DNA from: Dicyema japonicum
Lineage: Eukaryota > Animalia > Dicyemida
NCBI GenBank assembly: GCA_011109175.1
Contig: RDEW01000008.1
Coordinates: 1,431,447-1,495,446, forward strand
DNA length: 64,000 nt
Direction of reading: 5' to 3'
Shown here: piece after piece, positions 1-13,026 of the stretch
Layout: every line of letters starts with the position of its first letter
Numbering within the stretch: position 1 is the stretch's first letter
The notes under the pieces: model-generated
Told to the model about the DNA's origin: nothing
Database searches by the model: none
What the model saw: only the letters and a program-made list of their open reading frames with translations
Position numbers and translations under genes: made by a program

Positions 1-1312
1 GCAGTGGAACTTGAAAATTCTAATCGTCTGTATCATCGGCTTGCTCCTCCCATTATAACTGGAGACTTGAATTTCAAAGTGAGGAAAAGCGGGACGAATC
101 AATTTGCCTGAACAGCCACGCTCGAAAATCAGAAATCTGTCCGGGAAGGTCTTTATACACTTCTGCGAGACTGCTCTCTTGTAACTCGGCGTTTTGACAT
201 GCAGCGCGACATAAAACGACGTTGACAGGGCAGAGGAGAGACTCTTGTAGAAATCACGTCTATACATTTAACCAAATCGACTACATACTATCTAGGCAAA
301 AAACACTGAAGGGGCTACCCACGGATTTCCGTTCATACAGTGGTATGATGACCTCAAGTGATGACAAACTATTAGGACACGTCTCATTCTAGAGACGCTT
401 TGGAATCTCCAGAGCACTGGCAACTCGTACGCGGAGCAGGACCTTGGCCGTGGTGGCTCTATTTGCTACCGATAATACCCGTAAAAAGAACGGCGAGAAA
501 ATATCGAAACTGCTTGAGAATGTTGACACGAATATGTTATCTGGGCAGCTATGGAAATATATTTCGATCAGAGTCAGTCAGGCTGCCGGATGGAACTGGG
601 AAATCGTCAAAGGATGTTCAAGGGAACTTTTGACAAATAGAAGAATTGGCAAAAAATTAAAGGAAATTCCAACTTTTAATAGAGTCTTCAAACTATACAA
701 GCTTCACTGACTCTCTTAAAGGAGAAAGTAACAGAATCAAATACAAAATAAAGAAAAGAGTGAGGGAACTATCCCGGCACTAACATGGCAAAAGTCGTCG
801 GAAGATACGAACATGATGCAAAAATGTTTGCTGTGGTTAAACAATTATTCCGCAATTATCAGATCGGAAAAATCGTAGTTTTCGATGATGTTGGAAAGTA
901 ATAATCAACGGCCGAGAATCTGTAAATAAATTTGCTCTTGTTTACAAAAAACGACTAAATCTCAATGAACACTTGGAACCGTTTGAAGGAATTCCCAAAA
1001 ACCTGAATCAAAACATTACGAAGTCGTTTCAGCTTAGGGTAAGCTCAAAAATGGCAGAATCCCTGGGCCGGACAACGTGAGTGCAGAATTATTGAAATAT
1101 GCGCCAGATAGGGTGGCTGAGTAAATCTACACAGTCCTGAACATGACGTTCAAAATTCACAGTCCATTCAATGGAGGGAATGGCACCTTGATCCCAAATC
1201 AGAAACCTGGAAAGAAGAGAAATCTAAACAGTCTACACTCCATTAACACTAATGAATACGATAAGGAAAATACTTTCCCTTGTTGTGCTGTTTCGTATTT
1301 CAGGCCCTGTAA
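1..1312 (+). mobile_element. Decayed RTE-like non-LTR retrotransposon (end of APE endonuclease to start of RT)
   Basis: Frameshifted translation gives NQIDYILSR...SSDD (APE C-terminus), PGPDNVSAELLKY and LIPNQKPGK...LMNTIRKILS (start of RT); many stops. Confidence 0.75.
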
Positions 1313-3316
1313 ATGACAGAAGGGATGATATTACTACATCATTACACACTTGATCTAATAACCGCTTTCTACTTTTTGCCTTCATCAATTCTTAAGAGTT
1401 CTCATCAGATCCATCTAACTCAGGAGACGCCACTTACTTGTCAGGAATCCAAAAAAGATCTCTCTTCTCACCCACATCAGAATACTTTACCAGGATATAC
1501 ACTATCAATACGTCCTATAGCGATGATATTTTATTATGAGAGAATTGAGCAACCTGCTTCTCAATTAAGGGGAGATGTAATATGCCAAATCCGAGATATT
1601 TTGATGATGTCAGGAGTGTCGTAAATATTGCATAATATCTCACAGAAGACTGATATTTACTGTAATAGGTTGTGAAGCATCCAAAAACAGTTTTAAATTG
1701 GATGACCTTAAGATTTTTATTAGCACATATATATTTGTTTACCAAACCTATAAATGCTGACGTCCTCAGTATAATTGGCTTTAAAATCCTCATCAGTACG
1801 CTATCGTCCAGAGGCTGTTAACTTTGAAGATTGAATAGGGCTATAGATTTATCTCAAGTGCCTGTTAGACTGCCTGTTAAACGAAACAACGTATATGGTG
1901 GAAACTGCTTTCAGATAAGGTTTCCACGATTGTCTTCCACGACATCAATGCAGAAGATCCTTACTTTAATTTTGCTTCAGATAAGATAAGGCTAAAACCT
2001 TCGAGTATCCGACATCTCTGAGTTCAGTACAAAATCAATAACTGAATTACATCAACTATGATGAAATAAGGCATTGTAATGATTACATATGTCTTACATA
2101 AACTTGCACAAAATTTAGTATATAAGAAATTAGAGAAAAAGTTGATTCATGTATAAGCATAATAAACGTCAAAGTCGATAACTCAATTATTTCAACGTTG
2201 TTCATTTTAAACGTAACTTAATTCATTGGTAATAAAATAAATAATTATTCCTAGAACAAACAAAATTAAGACAAAAACGAAAAATTAATATTATTTTAAA
2301 CATTCAATAAACATTAGATAGTGGATACGGCAGTTAAAGAAAGCTAAATATCGCTTATCAAATCACATTGAATAAGAATACTCAAACAAAATTCATCACA
2401 ATGAAACATTGAAGACTCTAATTAGCAGAAAAACATATTCTATCGATGATAAATTCTTATCAATATGCACTACATCCCGTGAATTCTTACCACATCTTCT
2501 AAAATCTCCAACATTTTACCATTTCCACTTTGCTTGGATTCACTGTCATATTCAGTAGACCTACCTCAGTTAAATTCAGTAATTCCAAATAATTGTCAAA
2601 CTATTAGACATTTTGATGACAGACCCCCATAATTAGGAAAAAGTTATTGTGCATAAACCCGATGTCCGGGCTAATCTTCTATGTTTGCGATGAACTATAA
2701 TATTTACATTTATAAGAAGAATTTATTTTTCAGTATATTGGATTTCGTATTTTTGAACAGCTTATTTTATGTCATATTAGCTGGGAATATTATATATTTT
2801 CTATTATGTGATGATATAATCTGGGAGTTTATAGACTAATATTGACATTATGGCTTATCATATCTCCAATTGTGCATTGATGAACTTCTTGTAAGCTCGG
2901 TCCGATAGTTTGGATAAGTAACATGCAGATCAGTGAGTCCAGTTTCATAGAAATTGTCTCGTAAATTTATTTGAACTTATCGGTACCTTGACTTTTGTAG
3001 AATGGACTTATTTGAAAACTAACAGTGTCTATAAAGTAAAGAGTTCCAAGAATTTTAACATCGTTTTGTTCAGTATACATAAGAAGCATTAAAATAGGAA
3101 CAAATACATTTGAAGCATTAAAGTCCAATTTCATGGAAATTGAGAGACAAAATCAGATTTAATTTCTATTGTCTTTTTGTAATATCACCAGTTTCAGCAT
3201 TCATGTTATTATTTAGATTATTGATGATAAAGTGAGTCGTATAAATACTAATTGGTCGATTTAATTTCCCTGGTGGTTACTAAAACGGATCAAGAGGCGA
3301 TTAATTTTTTCTAATA

Positions 3317-3835
3317 CAGTTTACCCTCCCATTTTTGGGACCAAACAAAAATTGGCGAGTATTAGAAATAATCAATGTATTAAAAAAATCAGCATCATAA
3401 ACATTTTCGAAGCATATTTATTTTTGAGAAGATAATTTTTTTAAGTCTTCAATTTTCATATTAAACTCATCCGCAGTATAACCCAATTAACCTTGAAAAT
3501 TTGTAATTTTGCATTGTGCCTTTTTTAAACTTTGCCAGTCATCCTTTACTGGATTTAAATTCAGAGTCCATTTAATGCAGCAAATTCAGTTGCTTTCGAT
3601 AAAATGATCTTATTATTGAGGCAAACTCGAATTGATTCCATGTAGTCCATCCATGTAATGATTTCAGTATCAATTGATGTCTGAGTTTTGAAAAACAAGA
3701 ACGTGTCCCATAAATTGGGTTGATTTCAAGAATCTTTTCTTTTCAATTTGGCTATTATTTGGTATTTTCGGAAATATATTATTTTTTGATTTTTACCAAT
3801 CTCTGGACGATAAAAGTATACTAAGCTTCATAATC
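3317..3835 (-). mobile_element. pogo/Tigger-like transposase relic (CENP-B-type HTH)
   Basis: Minus strand reads IDTEIITWMD...IILSKATEFA...EFKSSKG*LAKFKKRHN, matching the FxASxGWLxRFKxRH motif; a TA-CAGT terminus-like sequence lies near 3314. Confidence 0.7.
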
Positions 3836-4399
3836 AGTATGTTCATTTTGCAGAAATAAACACACGTGGAAAAAAATCTGATTTTTTATAAGTGTCATAT
3901 ATTTATATTTATTCGCAACTTAATCTTTCCATTCTAAACTACTTCCAATATTAATAAACCACAAAAAAATATTTAATCCTTCACTATGTCGTCTTAGTTT
4001 GACAGTCTATTTCCAATAATCTGTTATCTCTTGTTTATTCAGACATATCACTTAGGAAGAAAAACACTTCCATTAGATGACCTCTACCGCTCAACCCCAT
4101 CTTGTTTATTACCATATAAAAACACTTGTCTGAACTTTAATCCCAACTAAATTTTTTTTTATAGTTATCATTTAATAATCCACGTATATTTATTTTAACA
4201 AGACCTTGTGGTTCCTTACACAACGAATTATTATTACTTCAAAAATTCTATTTTGCTACAAAAATCCCAACCTTATTTGGAACAGAATTCAATAAATTGC
4301 CTAATATATTAAATAAATGATAACATGGAATTCCTCGTATAAAATTTTAGTAGCCAATTAAATGAGTTTTGTGGGGAATACCAAATGTTAGGATTACTC

Positions 4400-5079
4400 T
4401 ATATTTATTACTGGAAATTTGTATAATTCTGAAATAATAATTACAGCTTTAATTATAAGCTTGAACATGCATGGAAAAAAAGTATGGTTATATATTATAT
4501 TTAAGACATGGTATTGATATGTGACAATGCATCAATTCACAAGAGCGAGCAATTAAAAAATGTTGTATTCGGAACTGGTATCCAATTAATTTTTAACGTG
4601 TATAGGGTATGAATTGTATTTTTTTGCCTCCTTATACTCCACAACTCAATCCAATTGAAGAGTTTTTTTCTGTTTGGAAAAATAACATCAAAAAGAAAAA
4701 TTGTAGAACTCTGAGGAATTAATAAACGCAATCCAAAACATCGGAGAAATTCTATCAGATGTGTGCAATAATTTGTATAGCCACATGCGGAGCTATTTAG
4801 TTAAAGCATTGGCTTATGAAGAATTTTAATTTATAGTTGTTTTTTCAATTAATTATAAAATTGGTTTCTTTTAATTTGACCCTTGACAAAGTTATTAAAC
4901 ATTTTGACAAAGTTATTAAACATTTTGACAAAGTTATTAAGTATTTTGACGAATTATTAAACATTTGACAAAGTTTTTAAATTTTATGACAAAGTTATTA
5001 AATTTTATGAAAAGTTATTAAATTTTTTGACAAAGTTTTAAATTTATGACAAAGTTATTAAATAAATAGGAAAACCCTG
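4400..5079 (+). mobile_element. Tc1/IS630-like transposon, 3' part; DDE transposase with micro-introns
   Basis: LICDNASIHK...FLPPYTPQLNPIEEFF, with GT-AG introns at 4482-4505 and 4578-4605; ends ATAGGAAAACCCTG-TA (TIR plus TA). Confidence 0.8.
4884..5062 (+). repeat. Subterminal tandem array, about 9 copies of a 19-22 bp unit (TGACAAAGTTATTAAACATTT)
   Basis: Head-to-tail units with no spacers, just inside the Tc1-like TIR. Confidence 0.9.
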
Positions 5080-5129
5080 TAATAAATAACCTGTTAATTT
5101 TTTTTATTTTATATTTGTTTATAACGAGT

Positions 5130-6290
5130 AAATTAACTAATAAAGCGGAGTTTGATCCAGATTGTTGGTAATCCTTCTTTTCCATCGAGAAGAAGAGTGT
5201 GCCATAAACTCCCTGTTACTCCCCATCAGATTCAGTCAAATATATCCGTTAGAGTCCTTTGGGCTGTCCTCACGGCATCCAGTTCCATGTTGGGAGGTAG
5301 CAGAGGCGTATTCTTCATCGTATACCTTCATACTATACTTTCGAGCGTTCTCTTCAGAACAACCGATTGGATGTAAGTTATCGTTGATTCTTCAATAGAT
5401 ACTTATCCATGATTCTTGAAACATCTTGAGACAACTCCATCCCATGTCAAAACCACTGGAATAATCTTCTCTAGGCATTCATAGAGCAGCGAAAGTTCGT
5501 TTGCAAGCAAGTCATATTTGTGAAGTTTCTCAACTTCAACTTGCTTTAGTCGGTATTGTGAGGTATCCCCACTTCAATTAAAGTTACTTCCTTTTTTATT
5601 TTGTCTTAAACAAAAATATCAGGTTTATTGTATTGGACTTTTGTTTATGTCATAATAGACGTGTCAACTCTAATTTCGACATTTTGATTCGTCAATATTG
5701 ACTGAACCGAATGTCCTTTCAATTTCCTGCTTCTTCTGATTCCATAAATTCGACAAAGATGAAGATGGATGCACTTTACCACTTCATTATGTCTTTGGAG
5801 ATAATCACTATTTAGCATTTTTTAATAAATATTTCCAGTGTCCTTGAAAGACTAATATCCATGCTTTCCTGTCGGCAACTCCATATTTAGAGGCAAAAAT
5901 TTTGCGATTGTAGCCAAGTGCCATTTTTTGTTTTTATTACTCGCAGAATTCCCGACCTTCGCAAACACACAGTGAACTGTTTCTCCAAACTTTTAAAAAA
6001 CTTGAGGAGTATTAATTGATCTCAAACGAAATCGAAATAAGTCCTCTACCAAAAGTCTTCCTGTCCAAATGCAGCCTCTTTTTATTTGCAGGTTTAAGGT
6101 GCAATTTGAGTGACGTAAGCAGTTGCTGTATTTGTTAGTCAATATCATCAAATTCATAAGGTTCAATATTAATTAATCCAGTTTAATAGTTAGGGAAATT
6201 GCGTGTTCATTTATTGCACGAAACAAGTTCGCAGAATTTAACATAGCTTTTGAAAGCTCTTCTTAACATTTTCAACTAAAACATTAAATG
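5130..6290 (-). mobile_element. R4/Dong-like non-LTR retrotransposon, 3' part (restriction-like endonuclease)
   Basis: DYLQRHNEVVKCIHLHLCRIYG...VEIRVDT...NKPDIFV...IEVGI; homologous to the copy at 52960-56045. Confidence 0.8.
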
Positions 6291-6959
6291 GAACCACTCA
6301 CGATTTCTTAACCATCTTATCTGATTTCTTAGAAAAGGAAGGATCCACTCGTATCTTCTGGTGCAAGGCCCAGTGTTAAACCTGATCCTAATAATCTACT
6401 TGTCAACGCTCCCTCATCCAGCCAATGCGAAAACAGAATTGGCTATATATACTGATAACATGTAGTCTGGGATCACTCAATAAGACTAGATGTGGCGTGT
6501 TAAAGGATTCAGGGCGTTGTCGATGCAATCATATGCTGGTGTGACAGAAAAAACTTCTGACTCAGGAAATGAGAATTGCATCATATTGTTGTTTTTTTTG
6601 GGCGCCATAATCGGCTTAATATCTAATTCCTAAAGTGAACATCATCGAGTTCTTAAGCGGTCACATGGAGGGTGAGTTACATTGGAGTTACTTAAACTCC
6701 AAATGTGGTTTCTTGGAGCACACCTCCTCGATAAGAAGCAAGTTATGTACTGGAATCTTCGGACTTTTCAGCTGAATTGTGATGAGACTTTGATGAAATC
6801 AAGTTTGGATTTACTCATAATATTTCCAAACTGAGATAAATCATTTTTTCTGCCAGCAATACTACTGAATTTAGCTATTGATCAAACAGCACAAGATATG
6901 TCTCTGTAAGTGAAATGTATGCCTTTATTAATATTAGCGTTACCGAATATAAAGAAACC

Positions 6960-7260
6960 ATCGAGGAGACTGCAATAAAGTTAATTGGACCAGATCATAA
7001 TATCCAACCCATTGAAAACTTTTAATCGAACTACAACGGAAACTATTTAAGAAGGCTATTCTACCGAGCTGCCCTTTATTCCAAATACTATCGAATTATC
7101 TACAATCATAGAGAAATTTTTGAGCCGATGCCATGTCCAATGAGAAGAGCTGATTCTTGACCCCGCCGACTCGTTCTCACCTTTGTCGGTCTGGGTTCAC
7201 TTAGTTAGATGAGAACTTTTATTTCTTTCTTTTTGACCCAGTGATCCTGGGGGTAATAAT
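6960..7260 (+). mobile_element. 5'-truncated LINE with (TAA)n tail and 14-bp TSD
   Basis: AATATAAAGAAACC occurs at 6946-6959 and 7261-7274; the body matches the LINE 3' end at 56047-56360. Confidence 0.9.
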
Positions 7261-7940
7261 AATATAAAGAAACCTACATTTTCATCGCCAGAGATAATTT
7301 GAAGGCTACATCTAAAAAAAGTGTTAGAATTTTCCTATGATTTTACTTTTAACTTATCTCAATCTACTTGACCGGTCATTTAAGCACAAATCAAACTGTT
7401 TTAAACGAACTGACAGCTGGTATTTTGTCATCAGATCAAAATAGAAAGTTTATAACCTATATAATTGCCTGGTTCATAATAGAGCACAGATGAAGACAAC
7501 AGAGAGGAAATTACTAGTATTGAATGTGCGGGTTTGTGTAGAGATCAAGGCTGAGATGTTCGATGTGTGTGGGTCCATTGATATCTACGAGTATGAGAAC
7601 ACTCTCAGTAAACATATGAGAAGATTTTAGACACTCTCAGATTCATGTTGTTTTAATCTGATTAATCACTGATAGTTGGGCACAATATAAACTTTGAAGA
7701 GAGGATACATCAGGGCAGATGTGAAGAAGCTGAAAAGAAATGTTTTGGCGATACTGTCTATCAAACTCTGACCTAGATGCTTCCACTTTAACCTACACTA
7801 TTAAATAATTATAGTCTCTCGACTTTGATATTTACTCTGATCTCCAATTAAACTAATAGAAAGTCATAAACTGTAACTATAAATAGATATTAGTTATACA
7901 TAAGCACATGTGTTAGTCTATGATCAAAATAATAGATAAC

Positions 7941-8857
7941 CTTCCTTCCTTTCCTCTCCAAATCTTTTTTATATTTGGAGTTATTTTTTTGTTCTCTAGC
8001 TTTTTTCTTAGCTAGATTTCGGCGAATTGCATCTACGACTAAATGTAAATAAACCTTTGAACAACGGTTTGGAAATTCCTACAATTTCAAATCCACCTAT
8101 ATATTAATTAATAACAAACGTCCAATATTTTTGTATTCAATATTTTCCCATTAGCCCTATCCAATCCGTAACTCTGATTCTTGTTGATCTTCTACATCCA
8201 GTGGGTCCACTTTCAGGATTACTATAATATTTATAATATTATAACCTATCCTCCCTCGAATTCCCCGATTAAACAATATCTAAGATATATAACACGTACA
8301 ACCTCATTTATTCCACGGAATATTTCTACCATTTCATCATAGTCTTCTAATGTCGGAACTTTCATCATTGAATCCTTCACTTTACTTTTTTTTCTTTTAT
8401 TATATTTTGACTAAAATGAGCAGAAATAAACTGTAATAAGATTTTCGATATCATTCATCCTCATATCAGTCATGACTTGTGCGTCTTTACAGGAAACACT
8501 ACGGTTAGTTAATTCAATACATTTTATTATTATTGCGAATATATTGAACAGTTGAATGTTTATTAACATCTGAGTGAATTGACTCATCGCAAATCACTGA
8601 ACTTTTTCTTCTCTCTGATAAATTATTCTATCATCTGGACTTCCAACTTTCCTTATAGGACCAACTAATACAAGATCACTATAAATGGAACCCGGAGACA
8701 ATAGAGTCATCCCCAATATTGTCCTCCATAGTCTTTCTTCCAATATCATCTTCCATAGTTTTTTTCAATGGTGTCCGTTTCCAAATACTGCTCTCAATGT
8801 TTTGCTTAAAACCTGTCCATCTTTACTTTCCTGTTCTGTAGCTTCCTTCACAGACAT
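7941..8857 (-). CDS. Multi-exon gene with a CENP-C-like motif (frameshifted in this assembly; 3' end unresolved)
   Basis: With 22-25 nt GT-AG introns removed and two 1-nt deletions restored it reads GCRRSTRIRVxGLDRANGENIEYKNIGRGFEIVGISKP, co-linear with the vertebrate CENP-C motif RRTKRTRLKPLEYWRGERIDY...GFVISG. Confidence 0.55.
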
Positions 8858-9779
8858 TGTGTTCAAAACGAGGTTTTTAAGAAAAATTTTAGGTGGTATT
8901 ATAGAACGATTGACATACGAGATGCTATTATGTAAATTTTATTAATTATTTTTATTTATTTATTTGATATAAATTACTATTTTTTAATAATAAAGATTTG
9001 ACTATGAAACGATCGCCAAGCTACATTTTCCAGATTTCCTTAATTAGGTGTGGTGATGTTGAACCTAACTCTGGACCCGTGTCATTTCAGACAAAGCCGA
9101 ATATACTTCAGTTGAGTTTAACTTTCTAAAAAATGTTTTTGATTTATGTAACTTCTTGCACAATCATTAAGTTTTTTTTATAAGTGTCAGAAGATAACTT
9201 TGGATTAAAATTCTGTAAGGTGCTATTAAGCTCAAGCACCTATGGCCCCAGGCACATTGGTCTCACTAGGTATTTTGTCGAATTAAGTCTAAAATAAATT
9301 TTTTGGTTGAGTGGAAATTTTCTAAATTGTTATATGGATGTCAGTAAAGATGCAACTGATAAAATTGCGGTTAATGGATTTGAGTAGTAGAATAGTTTTT
9401 GGTTTATCTGGATAACTAATAAAAATAAATAAATAATAAATTAACTAATGAATCGCTTCAGTAAATTTGTTAATCTATTATGTGATAAAGCTTGATTTAA
9501 TAGTTTTATTTTATAAGGAAAAAGGAAAAAGATAGTTAATTTTAATTCAGCTGTTGGGAGATGCACAAGCTATTCCCACGGACAACAGCCAACGAGAGCC
9601 TCTCCTTGAGCCATCTCGTCTCACGAAGATCATCAGTTTTGTCAGTTAGTAGTTTTCCCAAATGGTTAGGACTTCAGCGTTTTAGGGCAAAGTTTTTAGG
9701 GCCAAAGTTCCCGAAGTTTCAAGCTTGATTCAGTTTCGCTAGGTTAATAAATTAAAAACCCATAAATAAATAATAATTA

Positions 9780-10165
9780 ATTAACACAGCCATCCATCCA
9801 AAGTGCAGCCGCCGACATTATCGACGTTACGTTGCTCTCATGATTGCAACAGAGATTAACTGGAGAAGCCACCGGATCTCACGTGCGTCGTGGCTTTTAG
9901 TGTAGATAGGTTTCCCTCTTCGAATGGGAAAATTGTGATCCCATCAGGACTTTTTCCGTCTCCTCTGTCCAGGTTAATAGGTTCAAGCATGGCCGGCTAT
10001 CCCGCAGACTTCAAGGCTCGATTGACAATTCCGTTGATCGCCTTGTGTCTTGGGAATTGTATTGCACTTCTTCGACAAGAGAGGGCATGGTGTCCATAAC
10101 AATCGACGGTGACGCCACACCGGCAAATCTCGAGTCCAAGTCTGGTGGAGATGCCGATGCTGCGG
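9780..10165 (-). mobile_element. CRE-like retrotransposon 3' fragment (internally deleted)
   Basis: CRCGVTVDCYGHHALSC...RHKAIN...LEP...DGKSPDG...WLLQLISVAI. Confidence 0.8.
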
Positions 10166-10415
10166 AGAATGCTGAGACCATAAAGATAAAAAAATACGCA
10201 CATCTTGGAGGACAATTCATCTTCGAACCAGTGGCAGTCGAGACGACAGGAATCATTAGAAGTAGGCACTGACCTACTAAACAAGATCGACTCGCTCATC
10301 GCGAAGAAGAAAAACGATAGGAGAGAAGGAGCTGGCTTATTGAGCTCACTTCCTTGCAAATCGTCAGTGGAAATGCGTTTTCAATTATGAGAGCAGCCAG
10401 CATTGTTAATGGTTA
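10155..10415 (+). mobile_element. CRE-like retrotransposon 3' fragment
   Basis: AAENAETIKIKKY...FEPVAVETTG...SGNAFSIM; lies back-to-back with the previous fragment. Confidence 0.75.
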
Positions 10416-10589
10416 GTTTTTACGTTTAAATAAAATTTGGTTTAAAAAAGACAAATGATTAAAGCGAAAATAGGTAGATAAAAGGAACATGAGGGTTGCG
10501 GTAGGCTTAAAATAAAAATTAATGTGGATTTTTTTGTAAGTGAGTGTTTGATTAAATCGGTTAAAGAAAAAGATTTTTCAGATGATGTA

Positions 10590-11170
10590 TACGAGACCTT
10601 CAGGCCTTTTGTATTCTAGTTATGAGAGTTGACAACAAGTTGAGTATTGAGGAATTTTGGGATAATGAAAAAATCTGGTGATATTTGAACATGGGGTATT
10701 TTACAGGGAGGTATTTTGTGATAGGAAAGTGGCTGATCAATGCATAACGATTCATTAGTATGTTAACATGATCTCGAAAAGATAACAGAGATTTGAAATT
10801 AGAAAGAATATTAACATCGGAGAACGGTGGGGACGTTTTTCTTGAATAAATCTTTTTAAGAATTTTTGAGAAAGCACGAGTGTCCGAATTCGGATGAATA
10901 GTGGAGATTAAATCGCTCCATTCTTTGTTTTTGTGTTTGTGAATCGTCAATTTGTTTTTCTATTTTCAGAGATTAAAGCTATCCTTCACATGAACGCATC
11001 ATTGGCGTTTTCGAAATAATTCAACAATTTCGGGAGGAAGTGAAAACCACGATTCGATATGAAACCACGAGGAATATATTTTTTTGGCAGCAGCAAGCAG
11101 AAAATTTGTTAATCTTAAAAGAAGGAAAGGATGTGCAAGAAAAGTCCTTGACTACACGTTCGGTCTTATT
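10590..11170 (-). mobile_element. LINE ORF2 linker fragment
   Basis: AAAKKYIPRG and KEWSDLISTI...FSKILKKI resemble the region between the APE and RT domains. Confidence 0.55.
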
Positions 11171-11357
11171 CCTATATGAATAGTTAGTAGTTCCTACTCC
11201 TCAAGTTCATGGACTGTTAGTTTATGAACTGTTAATGAAATTTGATAATTTATTTTGTCGCATTAATATCTACAAATTAATAAATTATTTATTCTTTATA
11301 AAATAATTAAAAATTATATTCAATAAACTAGTGAAAACATTATTTTGTGTTTGATTA

Positions 11358-13026
11358 ATGCGTAACACAATAAGACTTCAGGAGTCAAACAAACAAGTAT
11401 ATTGTTTGAAATAAAACTATAGTGTGGTCACAGGGATTGAAAGGAGTCAGTAATCCTGCAAAAAAGAGACTATATGACATTGAAAAAAGGCTTAAACAAG
11501 CTAAATTTGAGAAGACTAGTGCTGAAACAAAAGCTAATGCTAATAGAGAAAGTGAAATGAAGCAAATTGAGTATTTTGTAATGACAATTTAGATTATTGA
11601 AGTCAAACATTGCAGAATACAAAATATTTATCTTTCTAAGAATGATAATATAGCATCTAGTCAAAATGAATTAATTGTTTTTCTGGACGATCTGACAAAT
11701 TCTGATTTAAATTTACAGAATGTTAGATCGAATAATGAAAAATAAAAGTACAAGTTATTGTGACCAAAGTGTGAGGGTTTAGATATAATGTATGAACTCG
11801 GTGACATAAACAATAATATAAAAAGGTGTGATGTATCGATTGGAGAGTATGAGGAAGAAAGAAGGCGACTTCTTAATCTTTTACATGAATTAAAGTGTTC
11901 ACTGTTGTTAATTTTAGGGGAATGTACAAATTTATTGTAGAATAGGTCCACTTTTGTCGGGTGACGTGTCACCTATTGAATATATAGACGGTGAACACAT
12001 TTCTATTTACAGTAGAACTATACTGAAAGAGGTTTATTCATTATTATACAATTAAGTCAAATCTTAGGATATCGAAATTAGAATTTGTATTTGACAACGT
12101 ATTTAATTACGATAGTAACCAGTTGTCAATATTTTTAGAAGTAAAGGATTTTATTCAGGTAATATGGATAATAAATGTCAAGAGTGCACTGGATGGTTAT
12201 AATGTATGCATTTTTGCATATGGACAAACTGGTCTGGAAAGACATTTACTATGGAGGGAAGTAATACTGATTATTCTCTCATTGGAATAATTCCTCGATC
12301 TTTTGACTATATTTTTTATTCAATAGAATTTTTGAAAAAAATTGGATGGAAAGTTTATTATTAAACTAACAATGTAGTTTGAAATGACTCTCTCAATTGT
12401 GAACGTGTACAATGAAGAAGTAATTGATTTACTTGAATATAATTCTTATGGAAAATATAACATGCCTGTTGTTAATGTAAATAAAAAGAATGTGGTTAAG
12501 GTTGAAAATCTACAACAAGTTTTCTTTATTTGTGATTTTATAGATAACAGAGTTATTAAGCTATGCTCAATTTAACAGAGCACAGTGGGAAACGAAATGT
12601 AATGATTATGCACATCGATCCCATTGTATTTTTGAGTTTAAATTGGATGGGAGCTGTAAAGAAAAGTTATCAAGTGGTTCACTAACACTTGTTGATTTAG
12701 CTGGGAGTGAAAGAATCAGTAAATCAGAAGCTAAAGGTGACAGATTAAAAGAAACTAAGGCCATAAATCTTTTCGCTTATTGAATTACGCAATATAATAA
12801 AGGCTATTAGAGAAAAAAATAAACAAATACCATACAGAAATAGTAAACTTACTCGTTTATTACAACCATCATTGGGAAGGAATTCAAAAACTCTAATGAT
12901 TGTAAATATTTCTTCCCACTCTGTTAATTATACTGAAACTCTTTCTTCACTAATGTTTGCATCTGAAGTATTTTATTATATCATTTACAGCTCAACCAAT
13001 GTCAGATTGGAATGATTTATAAGTAA
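11358..13026 (+). CDS. Kinesin-14 (Ncd/KIFC1-like, C-terminal motor); frameshifted, may be a pseudogene
   Basis: Coiled coil, then neck [38 protein letters not shown] (1-nt deletion), [32 protein letters not shown] and ETLSSL; several micro-introns. Confidence 0.85.

Noticed and set aside
2665-2690. U6 snRNA-like ACATAGAAGATTAGC on the minus strand
   Set aside because: The ACAGAGA box is broken and the flanks do not match U6.
2300-3250. Possible decayed minus-strand gene (similar stretches at 13300-14200 and 29620-30000)
   Set aside because: Intron-like segments are present, but no consistent frame or recognisable motif could be built.
4884-5062. CRISPR-like or iteron-like repeat array
   Set aside because: No unique spacers, no cas genes, eukaryotic context; it is a transposon subterminal repeat.
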